Source: Cirrosporium novae-zelandiae
Taxonomy: Eukaryota
Length of the DNA: 64,000 nucleotides
Direction: 5' to 3'
Assembly (NCBI GenBank): GCA_026023565.1
Contig: JAPETS010000069.1
Location: 1-64,000 of the forward strand
Position 1 is the first letter of the stretch. Each line of letters starts with the position of its first letter. The position numbers and the translations under genes are program-made. The notes beneath the pieces are model-generated. The model had not been told where the DNA came from and did no database searches. It was given only the letters and a program-made list of their open reading frames with translations. Shown here in pieces: positions 47,376-60,762 of the stretch.

Positions 47376-50300
47376 ATGTTATCCGTCATCCCTCCTCCTA
47401 CTGAACAACCACATACACATTTCGTGCCTGAAGTACCAGTGAACCCAGTCCCAATACCAAAGGTCACTCAGCCAAATCCACAGCCTTTAACGGTTGAGGA
47501 ACTCATACAAGACCGCTTAAACCTTGACATCCAACCTGTCATTTCATACCCATCATCCGGTATTGAATACGTTGATTGCCCTATAAATCAACTCGATACT
47601 TTCGCTTTCCGGGTAGCCAAGAAGTACGCTCAATATATTCCTCCAAGATGCTCTTCGTCCGAAAAACCAGTCGTGATAGCATTGCTTGGCCCTTCCACTC
47701 TCGATTACCTCGTTACGATGCTAGCGCTTGCGAAACTTGGTCATACCGTGCTTTATTTGTCGACGAGGATATCCAAGGAGGCACATGAGAATCTGCTACA
47801 GTTAACGGGCTCCAGCAACATTTTCATTCATCCCTCTTTTCGAAAGCTGGCAACTTCTCTTCAAAAGGATCTTCCAGAATTGGAAGTCTACGAGATTGCT
47901 GAACAGAATTCATACCATTATGATATTGGGCAGATCCTTTCGGACACAAGACTAACAAAGGGACTGGATCCCGAGCAGGAAACTGGGAATGTTGCATATA
48001 TAATTCATTCGAGCGGTTCAACCGGGCTTCCAAAACCCGTCTTTTTGACGCACAGAGCTGTGATTAATAATTATAGCCAGAATGTCAATATGCGGGGATT
48101 TATCACATTGCCATTATATCACGGACACGGAATTTGCAGCTTGTTTCGAACGGTTTATTCTTGCAAGTCACTACATCTCTATAACGCTAGCTTGCCCCTT
48201 ACAAAGCAATATCTGGTCGACACTATGCGTGCACATGATTTTGAAGTCTTTTATGGAGTTCCATATGCTCTCAAATTACTCGCGGAGAGCGAGGAGGGCA
48301 TTGAATTATTAGCCAAGTTTAAGATTGTGATGTTTGGAGGTTCTCCTTGCCCAGATTCTTTAGGGAATAAATTAGTTGCCCGGGGCGTGAACTTGGTCAG
48401 CCACTATGGAACGTATGTGTTTCTTTCTATAACCTGAAAGCTTAACTGTCTATATGCTGACAAGCATTATAGAACCGAGACTGGACAGCTCATGACGTCG
48501 TTTCGACCACCGGGAGACGAGCAATGGGACTGGGTTCGCCCAAACCCTCGGGTAAAACCGTATCTCCGTTTCGAAGAAAGAGGAGATGGTTTATATGAAC
48601 TTATCAACCTTGATGGATGGCCATCTAAGGTGACCATGAATAGACCGGATGGCTCCTATGCCACCAAGGATCTCTTCAAGAAGCACCCGACCATTGAGGC
48701 ATATAAGTATTACGCACGCCTGGATGATACAATCGTACTTGTTAATGGAGAGAAGGCGATTCCTCTGCAGATGGAGGGAGCTATTAGAAACAATGGACTT
48801 GTCGCCGAAGCAGTGGTTTTTGGTAGTGGGAAGGCTAGTTTGGGGTTGATGCTTATTCCGTCACAAGATGCTGAAGGTCTGTCCAAAGTCGAGATCCTTA
48901 ACGCTGTATGGCCTTCGGTGGAAATAGCAAACGAGGCTATGCCTGCATACGCAAAAATTTCAAGGGACATGATAATTTGCCTGCCAGTCGGAACAAAATA
49001 TCCAGTCACTGACAAAGGAACTGTCATCCGACAAGCCTTCTACTGTCACTTTGAGCAGGAGATTGAATGCTCATACGAGGAAAAGGACGAAGGGGACTTG
49101 GATCTATCCGAACTAGAACTACGAGATTTCATCAGAACCCAGATGCAGGAGATTATTCCACTGGACGACCCTTCTCAGCTGACGGATGATACCGATTTCT
49201 TCAGCCTGGGAATGGATTCCCTCCAATCTACCCGATTACGTGCGGTGCTTTTCAAGAACCTTGATTTGAAGGGGCAGAAGTTGGGATTGAATGTCGTGTT
49301 TGATTACCCTACTATCCGTCTCTTGGCAAAAAATATCGATTCTATTCGCGCAGGAGTCACTACGGAAAGAGAGTCGGTCGAGGACGAGATGAGAGCTCTT
49401 ATTGAAAAATACAGCAGTTTCAAGAAACATATTCCGGGCCTGGAAGGTCCAGAAGGACAATACATTGTAAACCCCCCTTACATACTTAGACAATCCCCCT
49501 AAACAAGCCACGACTAACAACCCCCTCTCCAGCTCGTCACTGGTGCCACTGGCTCCCTCGGCGCCCACACCATCGCCCACCTCGCAACCATCCCTTCAGT
49601 AAAAGAAATATACTGTCCCATCCGGGCCACCACCCCCAGCGCTGCTCAAGCTCGCCTCCACGCCTCCCTAAGAACGCGCAACCTAATCCTTTCCCCAACC
49701 TCACTCTCAAAACTCCACCCATTTCCCGCAGCTCTCACCTCGCCAACCCTCAGCCTCCCCCCAGAAACCCACACCCACCTAACAACACACCTAACTCATA
49801 TCCTCCACCTTGCCTGGTCCGTAAACTTCAACCTGCATCTCCTATCATTTTCTGACTGCCTCCTCACAACCCAAAACCTCATCGGCCTCTGCCTGTCCTC
49901 CCGGCGCCCTGCCCCGGCGACCTTCACGTTCTGCTCCTCAACCAGCACATCCACCCGCACACCGCCAGACGCCATCATCACAGAAGCCCTCCCGACCTCC
50001 TTCACCCACGCCCAAAAAATGGGCTACGCGCAAAGCAAACTCGTTGCCGAAAATATCTGCCACCGCGCAGCAACCCAGAATCCGAATTTACCTATCAATG
50101 TCGCCCGCGTGGGGCAGATCATCGGGGATACCAAGTCCGGGATCTGGAATCCGAGGGAATCGATACCCATGATGCTGCAGACCGCAAGAACCATTCACGC
50201 GCTGCCGAAACTAGATGAGGAGATTAGATGGTTGCCTGTTGATATTGTCGCAAAAGGACTTGTAGAAATCAGCCTTAATGGGCCTCCTCCTAGCTCCGAT

Positions 50301-50798
50301 AATGCTACCACCACCACCATTCCAGAGCCAAACCTCCCCAACACCTTCAACATCCTAAACCCTCACCCCCTCCACTGGACCCGCGACCTCCTCCCCCTCT
50401 TACGAACCACAACGCCAAGCCTCCCCGCCTTCGAAAAAGTAAGCACGATGGAATGGCTTGAGAGATTGAGGGGTTCGGATCCGGATCCGGAACGGAACCC
50501 CCCGGTTAGGTTGTTGAAGTTTTTTGAGGGGAGGTATGGGGGTGAGTGGGTTGGTGGTGAAGGTGAGGGTGGGTGCATGGATGATGATGGAGAGGTGGGA
50601 GGAAAGATGGGGATAATAAAAGTATTCAATAAATGGGAAACCCGCAAAGCGCAAGCGTGGAGCGAGGCACTGAGGGAAGTCGCAATGGTGGAAGGGGGGG
50701 TTGTTGGGAGTGCTGTTTTGGGGAGGATTGTTGGGTATTTGATTGGGGTTTGGGATGCAGAAGAGGAGGAGAAGATGAGGAAGAAGGAGATATCATAA
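47376..50798 (+). CDS. NRPS-like adenylate-forming reductase (A-T-R carboxylic acid reductase type); 3 exons
   Basis: A domain: HSSGSTGLPKP, HYG|TETG, YATKDLF, RLDD, TDKGT. T domain: FFSLGMDSL. R domain: LVTGATGSLG, HLAWSVNF, YAQSK, RVGQIIG. Introns at about 48412-48471 and 49468-49532. Confidence 0.92.
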
Positions 50799-51391
50799 AT
50801 GCCTTTATTATCGTCTCTTTTTAGGAGTGGGGGGTATATATAAATATATAGGAAAGTAGTTGAATGTGTAATTTATGTGATTCTCTTTTTTTAATTTTTG
50901 GGCTTGAGATCTATCTGGGTTGGATGGTATGGTATGACATTATGGTATTCTATTCTATTAGAGTTGATTATAGACAAGAATGGGGATTTGGGTGGTGATG
51001 AGGAGAGGGGAGGAGGGTTATTCTTCATTTAGTATATTTTTTTCAAGGTTGAGTTCAAGTACCTAAGTATGTAGTTGATGTCACCATCATTTCTAATCTT
51101 ACATATAACAGTCTCCCTCTCCCCCCCAGCCTCTCTCTCGAAATTAACTGCATCTAACACTCCGCTATTTTAGATCATGCTCGGGTCATAAAAGTCATGA
51201 GAGATACTGTATCTCTCTTGTCGTGGCGAGGGATATGTCTGAGGTGGGTATTGAGCCTTTTTTTTTACTTTTTCGGAAGAGAAATTGATTTTTGTAGAGA
51301 GTTGTGTTTGAAGATGAGTCTTTGGCTTTTTTTGGTCTCAAGTCTCATGTGTATCTGGAGCGTGGTTGGGAATTTTTGTCTCCTTGTGGCT

Positions 51392-52161
51392 TCAGGCTTG
51401 ATCTTGAGCGGGGACGAGGTCCTGTTCCGTAGGGGGGAAAAATTTCCTGTGTTCGCGATTAGCATATTAATTCACATAGCCAATAACACGGGCGTAAAAA
51501 CGAAACCCAAGTATATATAAGATACTCACGGTAAAACCTCAACATAAGCCCTCTCATCCTTTTCTAGAAAGCAACAAAACACGACCCTCTCCACTTCTCC
51601 CCCTTTGTCCCCCTCCAAAAATTTCCTCACCTCCCCCACGGCCTCTGTTGCTGCCTCCTCACTCGGATATCCATAAACCCCCGTACTGACCGCACTAAAT
51701 GCCACACTCTTACACCCGTTCTCGGCAGCTACCTCTAGACTCCTCCGATAACATCCCCTCAACAACTCCCCCGGATCTTCATACCGAGAGTAAACGGGAC
51801 CAACAGTATGGATCACCTTTGTGCAGGGTAGATTGTAGGCACCTGTGATTTTGGCGTGGCCCGTCTCGCAGCCGTCCAGCGTACGGCATTCGGAGAGGAG
51901 GGAGGGGCCGGCGGCTGAATGGATGGCGCCGTCGACGCCGCCACCGCCTAGGAGGCTGCTATTGGCTGCATTTACGATAGCATCTAGGGAGAGGCGCGTT
52001 ATGTCGGTGCGGATTAGGGAGATTTTGCTGTTGAGGGTTTGGGAGGATGCAGGGGTTGGATATGAGGTCTGGGTGGGGTGGAGGTGTTTGAGCTTGTAGA
52101 GCTGCGAGAGGGTCGGGATTTCGCTGAGGGCGATTGCAGGCATTTTACTGAAGAATGGCAT
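51392..52161 (-). CDS. MacroD-type macrodomain protein (ADP-ribose / O-acetyl-ADP-ribose hydrolase)
   Basis: [40 protein letters not shown]. The short last exon ([10 protein letters not shown]...*) follows a GTGAGT intron. Confidence 0.9.
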
Positions 52162-52645
52162 TGTAGAGCTTGATTGTGGGAAGGATTTAGAGTAGATATA
52201 TGGATGTAGATATGGATGTGGATGTTTTAGAGCCTAGTCTATCTATACCACCCACACTCGTAGCAAGTAAAAGTGATGACATGGATGGTTTGGCCATAGC
52301 TTCTTTTAGGCCTGAGGCATTAGCACCCCGCCGCGGGGTTCTTCATGTGATTTTCGGTACCCCTTTTTCCTAAACAATCCGCCCCGATGCCCTAAGGATT
52401 CCTATTCTGTTATTTTATTGTCCCACCTTTCATTCTAACCTTTGTATGGAAAACAAAGACGTCAATAAAAGTAGAACTGCAAAGATCGCATTCTACGGAT
52501 ATAGAAGAATTGGTATCTGCTACTCGCTCATACAACTAGAAATGCCCATCTTGGTCCTGACTAGTCATCCAGTCCCTCAAAGATTCAACTCCTCCATAAC
52601 TTCATTCATCAAGCCGTTAATTGAACCCTCCCAGAAATATCAAAT

Positions 52646-54632
52646 TTAAGCTGCTTTGCCAGTATCCTCTTTAAGACTAACAATTCTGTTCAAAACAATT
52701 TTCCCGTCCTTGGTATCTGAATCCATGGCGAAATATGCAACACGCATGCCCTGGAAGCGAACTGTCTCGACCCCTGCTGTCTTTTTGTCTGTTTCGCCCG
52801 CGGCTTCTGGCCATGGTGCGCGGTCTCTAACTTCCCCTAGGCCAGTTTCAACCATTGCGTTTGGATATATTTCCTCGCTTGTTGGATTGACGTCGTTCAA
52901 GAACCCTCCCTCTACAGAATCCGGATTATCGGACTTGAAAAGGGAATTGAATACTCGAACTTCAGTTCGCATCGGGGACCCATGCTTTGGCGAATCTGCA
53001 ACCCACTGGATATAAGTCTTGGGCTTTTTGAACTTTTCACCCTCTGCCGGCTTTTCATAAGTGGCATACACCTCGGTGACAAGACCGGTGCTTTCATCCT
53101 TCTTGAACGACTCCGCTTTTATTGGGAAAGGAACCTTCAACAGACCAACTGATTTACCAGGTGCCATTCGGAAAAAGTCCTTGCTATCAACCTCTCGGAA
53201 ATCACACCGGTCAATGTAGACCTTCTTGGTAAATGGCACAGTGTGGGCACCCATCGCTGGGTCTTTAGGTGCGAATGGAAGTTCAATTTCCTCAATGTGG
53301 TCATCGGGAAGATTGGTGATTATGACGGGTATCGGATCCATGAGAAGCATAAGTCGAGGGACAGTTTGTTCTAGATACCGTCTGACTGCCTGCTCAAAAC
53401 GGGCAAGTTGGATGCTGGAATTGGTAGTTGAAACCCCAAGTTCACTAACAAAGGCGAGGATAGCACCAGGTGGGACTCCTCTTCTCCGCAATGCAATGAG
53501 AGTGTATAATCTAGGGTCATCCCAACCTCGAACGATACCCTTCTCAACCAAAGCTAGAATTTTCCGTTTCGAAAGAACCGTTCCTGTGATGTTCAATCTA
53601 CCGTATTCCCGTTGCATTGGCTTATACAACTCTAAGGCATCGCAAAGCCATTCGTAAGATACCCTCGAATTTATAAATTCGGTGGTACAAAGACTGTGGG
53701 TGATGTTCTCGAAGCTATCGCATAAGCAGTGCGTGAAATCATATGTTGGATAAATCCGCCATTTATCTCCTGTTCGATGGTGTTCTCTCTCAACCACCCG
53801 ATAGGCCGTGAGATCCCACATTTGAGGATTACCATCTGTGAGATCCTGTTTCATACGAAGCGATGCTTCTTGAGCTTTATACTTTCCATCTCTCATTCCC
53901 CGAAATTCGGCGAGAGACTCCTCAATTGGTCGCTCTCTATGTTCGCAGGCATAACGTTCGCCCTTTTCACCCTTGTCGCCTCCTCGCTGTTTGTTGATTT
54001 CCGCTTCTGTAAAATTGTAATCAGTATGTTATCCGGAACAATCATTTCGAGAACATACTTGAGCAGTGGCAGACATATCCTTTTCCACGTTTGATTAGGT
54101 CCTCAGCTAAGTCGTATAGTCTTTGGAAATGATCACTAGAGTATGTAATCTTATAAGGATGGAAACCAAGCCATTCTATCATTTCGAGAATTGAGGTGAA
54201 ATAGATTTCATCCTCCTTTTCGGGATTTGTGTCATCATATCTCAAGTAGCACTTCCCTCCATGAAACTTAGCAAACCCGAAATTTATAGCGATTGCTTTG
54301 CTATGACCAATATGTAGGAAGCCATTAGGCTCAGGGGGAAATCGAGTCATGACACTGTCAGTTGGTCGTTCCCCATAGACATGCTTCAAGAAGCCTTCTT
54401 TGAAGATGGCCTGAGCATCTATGGGAGCTACTGGCATGTTTGGAGCTTTGGGTTGTTTGGGTTGTTTTGGTGGTGGTGCAGCCTTTGGTTCTTTGGGCTT
54501 TTTCGGTGCTTTCTGTTTCTTTTCCTTTGGAGGTTTGACAGCTTCCTTGACATCCTTGGCCGTCTCCTTGAGTCTTTCAGTCAGTGGTGGATGCTCTTCG
54601 GACTGTGTGGGGCTAGCTCCGGTGTCAGCCAT
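52646..54632 (-). CDS. GLN4: Glutaminyl-tRNA synthetase
   Basis: [55 protein letters not shown], anticodon-binding domain ending [10 protein letters not shown]. One intron at about 54009-54058. Confidence 0.96.
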
Positions 54633-54735
54633 TTTGTGATTCAGATCCTTGGAAGAATTAAATCGATCGTCGATGTTGTAGTTTGAGGTGGGGTGAGGGG
54701 TTGTCATATTTATCAAAACAAATCATCTTGATTCT

Positions 54736-54771
54736 TGAGTCAGAGCCGATAAGGGCAGATCCAATCACGTG
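54736..54771. promoter_or_regulatory. Gcn4/CpcA site and CACGTG box in the GLN4/SPF1 bidirectional promoter
   Basis: TGAGTCA at 54736-54742, about 100 bp upstream of the GlnRS ATG. CCAATCACGTG at 54761-54771. Confidence 0.55.
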
Positions 54772-55050
54772 GAAGTCCCAAAGAAGGAATTCTTGGCTAA
54801 CCCCGGAAAAAGCTGGTTCCGCGGCGGAAACTAAAAGTTGAGCCCCTGCGGTAATCCCAAGCCCCGATTTGAAGATTGAAAAAGAAGCCACATCAACATC
54901 GCCTCAGTGTCAGACGGAGATCAGAATTAAATTTTTTCAAAACTAACACCAACAAATATTCAAATCCGTTAGGCATTTCCTGGATCGCTTTCTATGGGCG
55001 CGACCAAAACTTATCTTGTTCGAGCGTCGTTTCCTTAAATCTTGCGCGCA

Positions 55051-58000
55051 ATGTATGATAAGACCCCACGTCTAAGTTCCTACACTGCTAATGATAAATT
55101 GATAGGGCGCGACTGGTTGATAATGACCAGATTCGGTCTGCTTCTCTTCACAACCCCCTCCCTCTCACTTTCCATGCCTATGTCTGGCCTTTTATGATAG
55201 CATGGCCTATTTTCCTTGCCATATATCTCTCACCCGATCTTTACACAAAGTATATTGGAGGACAGGAATGGACTTTTGTTTGGACCGGATCCATCTTCAC
55301 CATACAAGCCTTAGTCTGGCTTACCACACAGTGGAGCGTCAATCTTAATACATTGTTCACGGGAACCAAGTCAAGAAGTGTTCAGGATGCAAAACTTATC
55401 AAGGTTATCCCAATCGAAAACGCAGGGGCAGCCCAGATTGTTCCTCTGGATCGCGAAAAGGTAATTTAGCCTTGCCTTCTCATAAAATATGTGTTAAATT
55501 GACGTCTGTTAGGTTGATGGTCAAGAAGTTATTTCTTTTTTCTTTCAAAAAAGACGGTTTATCTACGATATTGAGAAACATGCCTTTGCACCTCGTTACT
55601 TTGCTTTAGATATAGAACCTAAACCTTTCCTTCGAACCTTCCAACAATCCTATGGACTAACATCGAAGGCCGAGAGTGATCGTGTACACCATCACTATGG
55701 GAATAACGCGTTTGACATACCCATTCCTACATTCTTAGAATTATGGAAGGAGCATGCAGTTGCCCCATTTTTCGTTTTTCAGATATTCTGTGTCGGCCTT
55801 TGGCTCCTGGACGAATACTGGTACTATTCTCTATTTACTTTATTTATGTTGGTAGCCTTTGAGAGTACTGTAGTATGGCAAAGGCAAAGGACCTTGACCG
55901 AGTTTCGTGGAATGAGCGTTAAACCATACGATATATGGGTTTATCGTGAAAGCAACTGGGTACAAGTCAAAAGCGATCAGCTTCTTCCTGGAGACCTTGC
56001 CTCCGTTACTCGAACAAAAGAAGATAGTGGGGTTGCCTGTGATATGCTTCTAATTGAAGGATCCGCTATTGTTAATGAAGCCATGCTTTCCGGTGAAAGC
56101 ACGCCGTTGCTTAAAGAATCCATTCAATTACGTCCAGGCGATGATCGCATTGAACCCGAAGGTTTAGATAAAAATTCTTTCGTCCATGGAGGTACTAAGA
56201 TTCTCCAGGTTACTCATGCATCCAGCACGGAAGAAGCCCCTGAGACTGTGCCGGTACTTGCGTCTGGCGTACCTCCACCTCCGGATAAAGGCGCAGTAGC
56301 TGTTGTTGTCAAAACAGGATTCGAGACAAGCCAGGGTAGTCTTGTTCGCACTATGCTATATTCTACCGAAAGAGTGTCCGCAAATAATGCCGAGGCACTC
56401 CTCTTCATTTTGTTTTTGCTCGTTTTCGCCGTGGCCGCTTCCTGGTATGTCTGGCAAGAAGGTGTGGCAAAAGACAGGAAACGGTCAAAGCTTCTTCTGG
56501 ATTGTGTCCTCATTGTCACAAGTGTGGTTCCTCCAGAATTACCAATGGAACTTAGCCTAGCCGTCAATACCAGTCTTGCTGCACTGAGTAAATATGCAAT
56601 TTTTTGTACCGAACCCTTCCGGATTCCTTTTGCTGGTCGTGTCGATATAGCATGTTTTGATAAAACGGGAACTTTAACAGGGGAGGATCTTGTGGTTGAC
56701 GGTATCGCTGGACTTGCGCTAGGCACAAACAAATCTGTCGCAACGGAAAAGGACGGGGCTCAGACTAGCCTTACGCCGGTGACAGAGGTTGGCCATGAAA
56801 CTACTTTGGTTCTTGCTACCGCACACGCTCTCGTCAAACTAGATGAGGGCGAGATTGTTGGAGATCCAATGGAAAAAGCCACGCTAACCGCTTTGGGGTG
56901 GTCATTGGGAGCAAAAGACACCCTGCACAGTCAACATGGAGGTCAGAAGGGCGCCTATCAATCATCACCTACCGACAGTGTTCATATCAGAAGAAGGTTC
57001 CAATTCTCCTCGGCTCTTAAACGCCAGAGTTCGGTTGCAACGATCCTCACCACTGACCGCCACTCCTCTAAGAAGACAAAAGCAACCTTTGTAGGTGTCA
57101 AGGGAGCTCCTGAGACTATTGGTACAATGCTGAGTACTGTTCCACCGAAGTATGAGGAAACGTTCAAATATTTCACCAGAAATGGAGGAAGAGTTTTAGC
57201 CTTGGCGTACAAATTTCTCACGCATGATGCTGAGCTCGGACAATCCCGTATCAATAACTTGACTCGTGAGGATGTTGAGTCCGATTTGACTTTCGCTGGT
57301 TTCCTGGTCCTTCAATGTCCACTCAAAGATGATGCACATACGGCTGTTCGCATGCTCAACGAGAGTAGTCACCGTGTTATCATGATTACTGGAGATAATC
57401 CCTTGACTGCTATCCATGTAGCTCGCCAAGTTGAAATCGTGGATCGTGAGGTTCTCATTTTGGATGCCCCGGAGAATGATAAATCCGGAGAAAAGTTGGT
57501 TTGGAGGAGCGTTGACGACAAAACGAACATTGCAGTGGATGCTACTAAACCCATTGATCCTGAAGTTCTCAATAATAAGGATTTGTGTGTCACAGGATAT
57601 GCGCTCGCAAAGTTCAAGAACGAAACTGCCTGGTATTCACTATTACGGCACGCGTGGGTCTACGCAAGAGTTTCGCCAAAGCAGAAAGAAGATATCCTTC
57701 TTGGAATGAAGGATATGGGCTACACTACCCTAATGTGCGGAGATGGAACCAACGATGTTGGTGCCCTCAAACAAGCTCATGTAGGCGTTGCACTACTTAA
57801 TGGAACCCAAGAAGACTTAAATAAGATTGCTGAACATTTCCGAACTACGAAGATGAAGGAGATTTATGAAAAGCAAATTGAGCTCATGAAGAGATTTAAT
57901 CAACCTTCTCCTCCGGTCCCTGTCCAGATAGCCCATTTGTATCCTCCTGGTCCTTCTAACCCTCATTACGAAAAGGCCATGCTTCGGGAAGCTGATAAAA

Positions 58001-59157
58001 AGGGGAAGCTAGGACTGACCAATGGTACAGCAATTCAAAATGGAAACAATCAATTGACACCTGCCCAACTACAACAACAGCAAGCTGCTCAAGCTGCCAT
58101 GACTCCAGCACAACAACGCCAGGCGCAAGCCTCCAAGGCTGCTGCTGGATTTGCCGATAAAATCCAAGCATTTTCGTTGGAACAAGAACTTGATGATAGT
58201 GAACCACCCCAGATCAAATTGGGAGATGCCTCGGCAGCAGCACCATTCACCAGCAAGCTACAAAATGTTGTTGCTATTCCTAACATTATTCGTCAAGGTC
58301 GATGCACCCTTGTTGCCACAATCCAAATGTACAAAATTCTTGCTTTAAATTGTCTTATCAGCGCGTATAGTTTGAGTGTCCTTTATCTAGAAGGGATCAA
58401 ATTCGGAGATGGCCAGGTAACTATTAGTGGTATGCTAATGAGCGTTTGCTTCTTGTCAATATCAAGAGCAAAGGTATGTGCTGATCTTTCTCTCCGGTTA
58501 AACACTTGCTAATCAATCCATAGCCTGTTGAGGGATTGTCCAAAGAAAGACCTCAACCGAACATTTTCAACTTTTACATTATCGGTTCAATCCTGGGTCA
58601 ATTCGCCATTCACATCATTACACTCATCTACATTTCCGATTATGTTTATAAGACAGAGCCGTATGTAAATGAATCGACCGGTACTAGTACTTGAAGCTAA
58701 CTTCTTGGGTAGATTGAAAGATGATGTCGATCTTGAGGGCGAATTCGAACCGTCGCTTCTTAACAGTGCAATCTATCTGTTACAATTAATCCAACAGATC
58801 TCAACCTTTGCAATCAATTACCAGGGCCGTCCTTTCCGCGAATCCATCCGCGAAAACCGGGGCATGTACTGGGGCCTAGTTCTTGTTGCTGGCGTATCTT
58901 TCTCATGCTCGACTGAGTTCATCCCAGAATTAAACGAGAAGCTCCGACTTGTGCCTTTCACCGACGCATTCAAATTTACCATTACAACGGTGATGGTTCT
59001 TGATTACGTAGGCTGCTATGTGATTGAGAAAGTGTTGAAGCGGCTGTTCAGCGACTACAGGCCAAAGGACATTGCAATCAGGAGGCCAGACCAGCTTAAA
59101 CGAGAGCAAGAGCGATTAGCCAAAGTGAAGTGGGAGGCAGAACATGCGGCCGAATAG
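55051..59157 (+). CDS. SPF1: P5A-type ATPase (ER transmembrane-helix dislocase); multi-exon
   Basis: LSGES, VVPPELPMEL, CFDKTGTLT, FQFSSALKRQ, KGAPE, MITGDN, CGDGTNDVGALK. The start codon is split AT|G by intron 55053-55105. Confidence 0.95.
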
Positions 59158-59535
59158 AATTCCTTGGATCGAAGTAGATATAGATGTCTTGGGGCCTTTG
59201 TTCTATTCCTCCTTTTTCCGGATTGAAGAACGAACCCTTGATTTAAATACAGTAAAGGTAGTCTAATGAATGATATAAATATTTTTCCATTTTTGGACTA
59301 GTGGTATGCAACTAGGTAATTAATCCAAACACGGTTAGGCGTATACATTCTGGCACAACACGCTAAACCATCGTGTTTACATTGCGCCGCCGCCCCGCGA
59401 ATGTAAACTCTCCCCATTCATATCCATATCCTATATCATACTTCCCGAGTGCTATAACAAAAGTCCAACTGAGCTATATAATCCCATCAGGATAATCGCA
59501 TTCATTACGCGACCCCGATTTTCAAACTTTATATC

Positions 59536-60762
59536 ATGTCCTCCGGATTACCATGGCTGCAAAGGCAGCGAAAGAGTGAACTTCTCGTTCGCACCCATGC
59601 CACTCTACTTTACACAGACAGTCATCGCTAACAATGTGACTAGGATTTCGCGAAAGAATGTGGCCTTGGAAATCTGAGCCATCAGCGTAAGGAAGAAGTT
59701 GCCGCAATACTCGATGAAGAACTAGCTAGAGACCCAAACTCAATGGGAAGAAGCATTGAAGCTTTAATACCCTATTACGAATATCTCTCTGCGCCTGCAG
59801 GTTCACCTAGGAAAAGAGGACCGCGGAGGCAATCTACCATTAATGGCTCAAGTCCTGCACCTGCGCCTACAAGGAGGATTGGTACACGAAAGTCGCTGAG
59901 AGTCATGAAAGAGGAAACCCCCCCGTAAGCTGACACCGTGACTCCTAATGCGAAACAAAGAAGCCCACAGTGGAATACATCAACTCATATGTTCTCTCCT
60001 AGTCCCAGTGACTCTAGCGCTGAAAGCAGCAATGAAGAAATGGCAAAGTCCCCCTCAACCGCCAAACACGCCTTCGAAGCTGTCAAGTCCACCGCCGTAG
60101 AAACATACCAATACGTCCCCTCAGTCTCAACATACCAACGCGCCTCCTCCAACATTCCACCATCCCCCGCCGTCGTCACTGACGCAATTGAAGTCCAAAC
60201 CCGAGACGTCGCATGTCGACTCGACGAGCTCCTAAAAGCATCCCACATTGAAGAATACATACGTGCGACGCGGGACTTCCTAAGCCACGCAACAACGGTA
60301 GAGGGTCTCGGCCTCCTGATGGAACTATACGCGCTACACAAAGAAATCATACCCTATACGCCCTTCACGCACGAAATACCAGGCCTCAGTCGCCAGATCA
60401 CTGTTCCGATTCCAGATCTCTTCATCCTGCTCTCCACCGCCTTTTGGTCTCCTTTTTCCCTCTGGCTTTCTACCTCTCTGTTTCTCCCCCTCTTTTCCGC
60501 CTACTTTATAAACCTGAAGCACACCTCCTCCAATTCTTCTTCATCGTCATCGTCGTCATCATCAAAGTTCGACCCCCTCATCTTCAACGTCTCGAAACTC
60601 CTTCTGAGCTGGCTCGTCTACGCCCAAGGCTGGCAAATGGGTGGGTGGGTCGCGCCTCAGAGTATCGAGCGCGTGGATTCCAGTGTCGGGTATGTGGGTA
60701 TTTGCGTTGGGGCTGGGGTGGGTGCGCTTTTGAGCTTTTGGGAGGTTGCGGTGGGAGCTTAG
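59536..60762 (+). CDS. Gtt3-like nuclear-envelope/ER membrane protein; multi-exon
   Basis: N-terminal WLQRQRKSELL|DFAKECGL helical motif, SP-rich linker, and C-terminal TM segments FWSPFSLWLSTSLFLPLFSAYFINL and DPLIFNVSKLLLSWLVY. The family assignment is from recall. Confidence 0.6.

Noticed and set aside
51392..52161. Macrodomain as part of a sirtuin-macrodomain (SirTM) or defence system
   Set aside because: No sirtuin or ADP-ribosyltransferase is nearby. It looks like an ordinary standalone MacroD.
56214..57617. Long antisense ORFs over SPF1 (and over other long genes)
   Set aside because: These are shadow frames of the sense coding sequence with no independent motifs.
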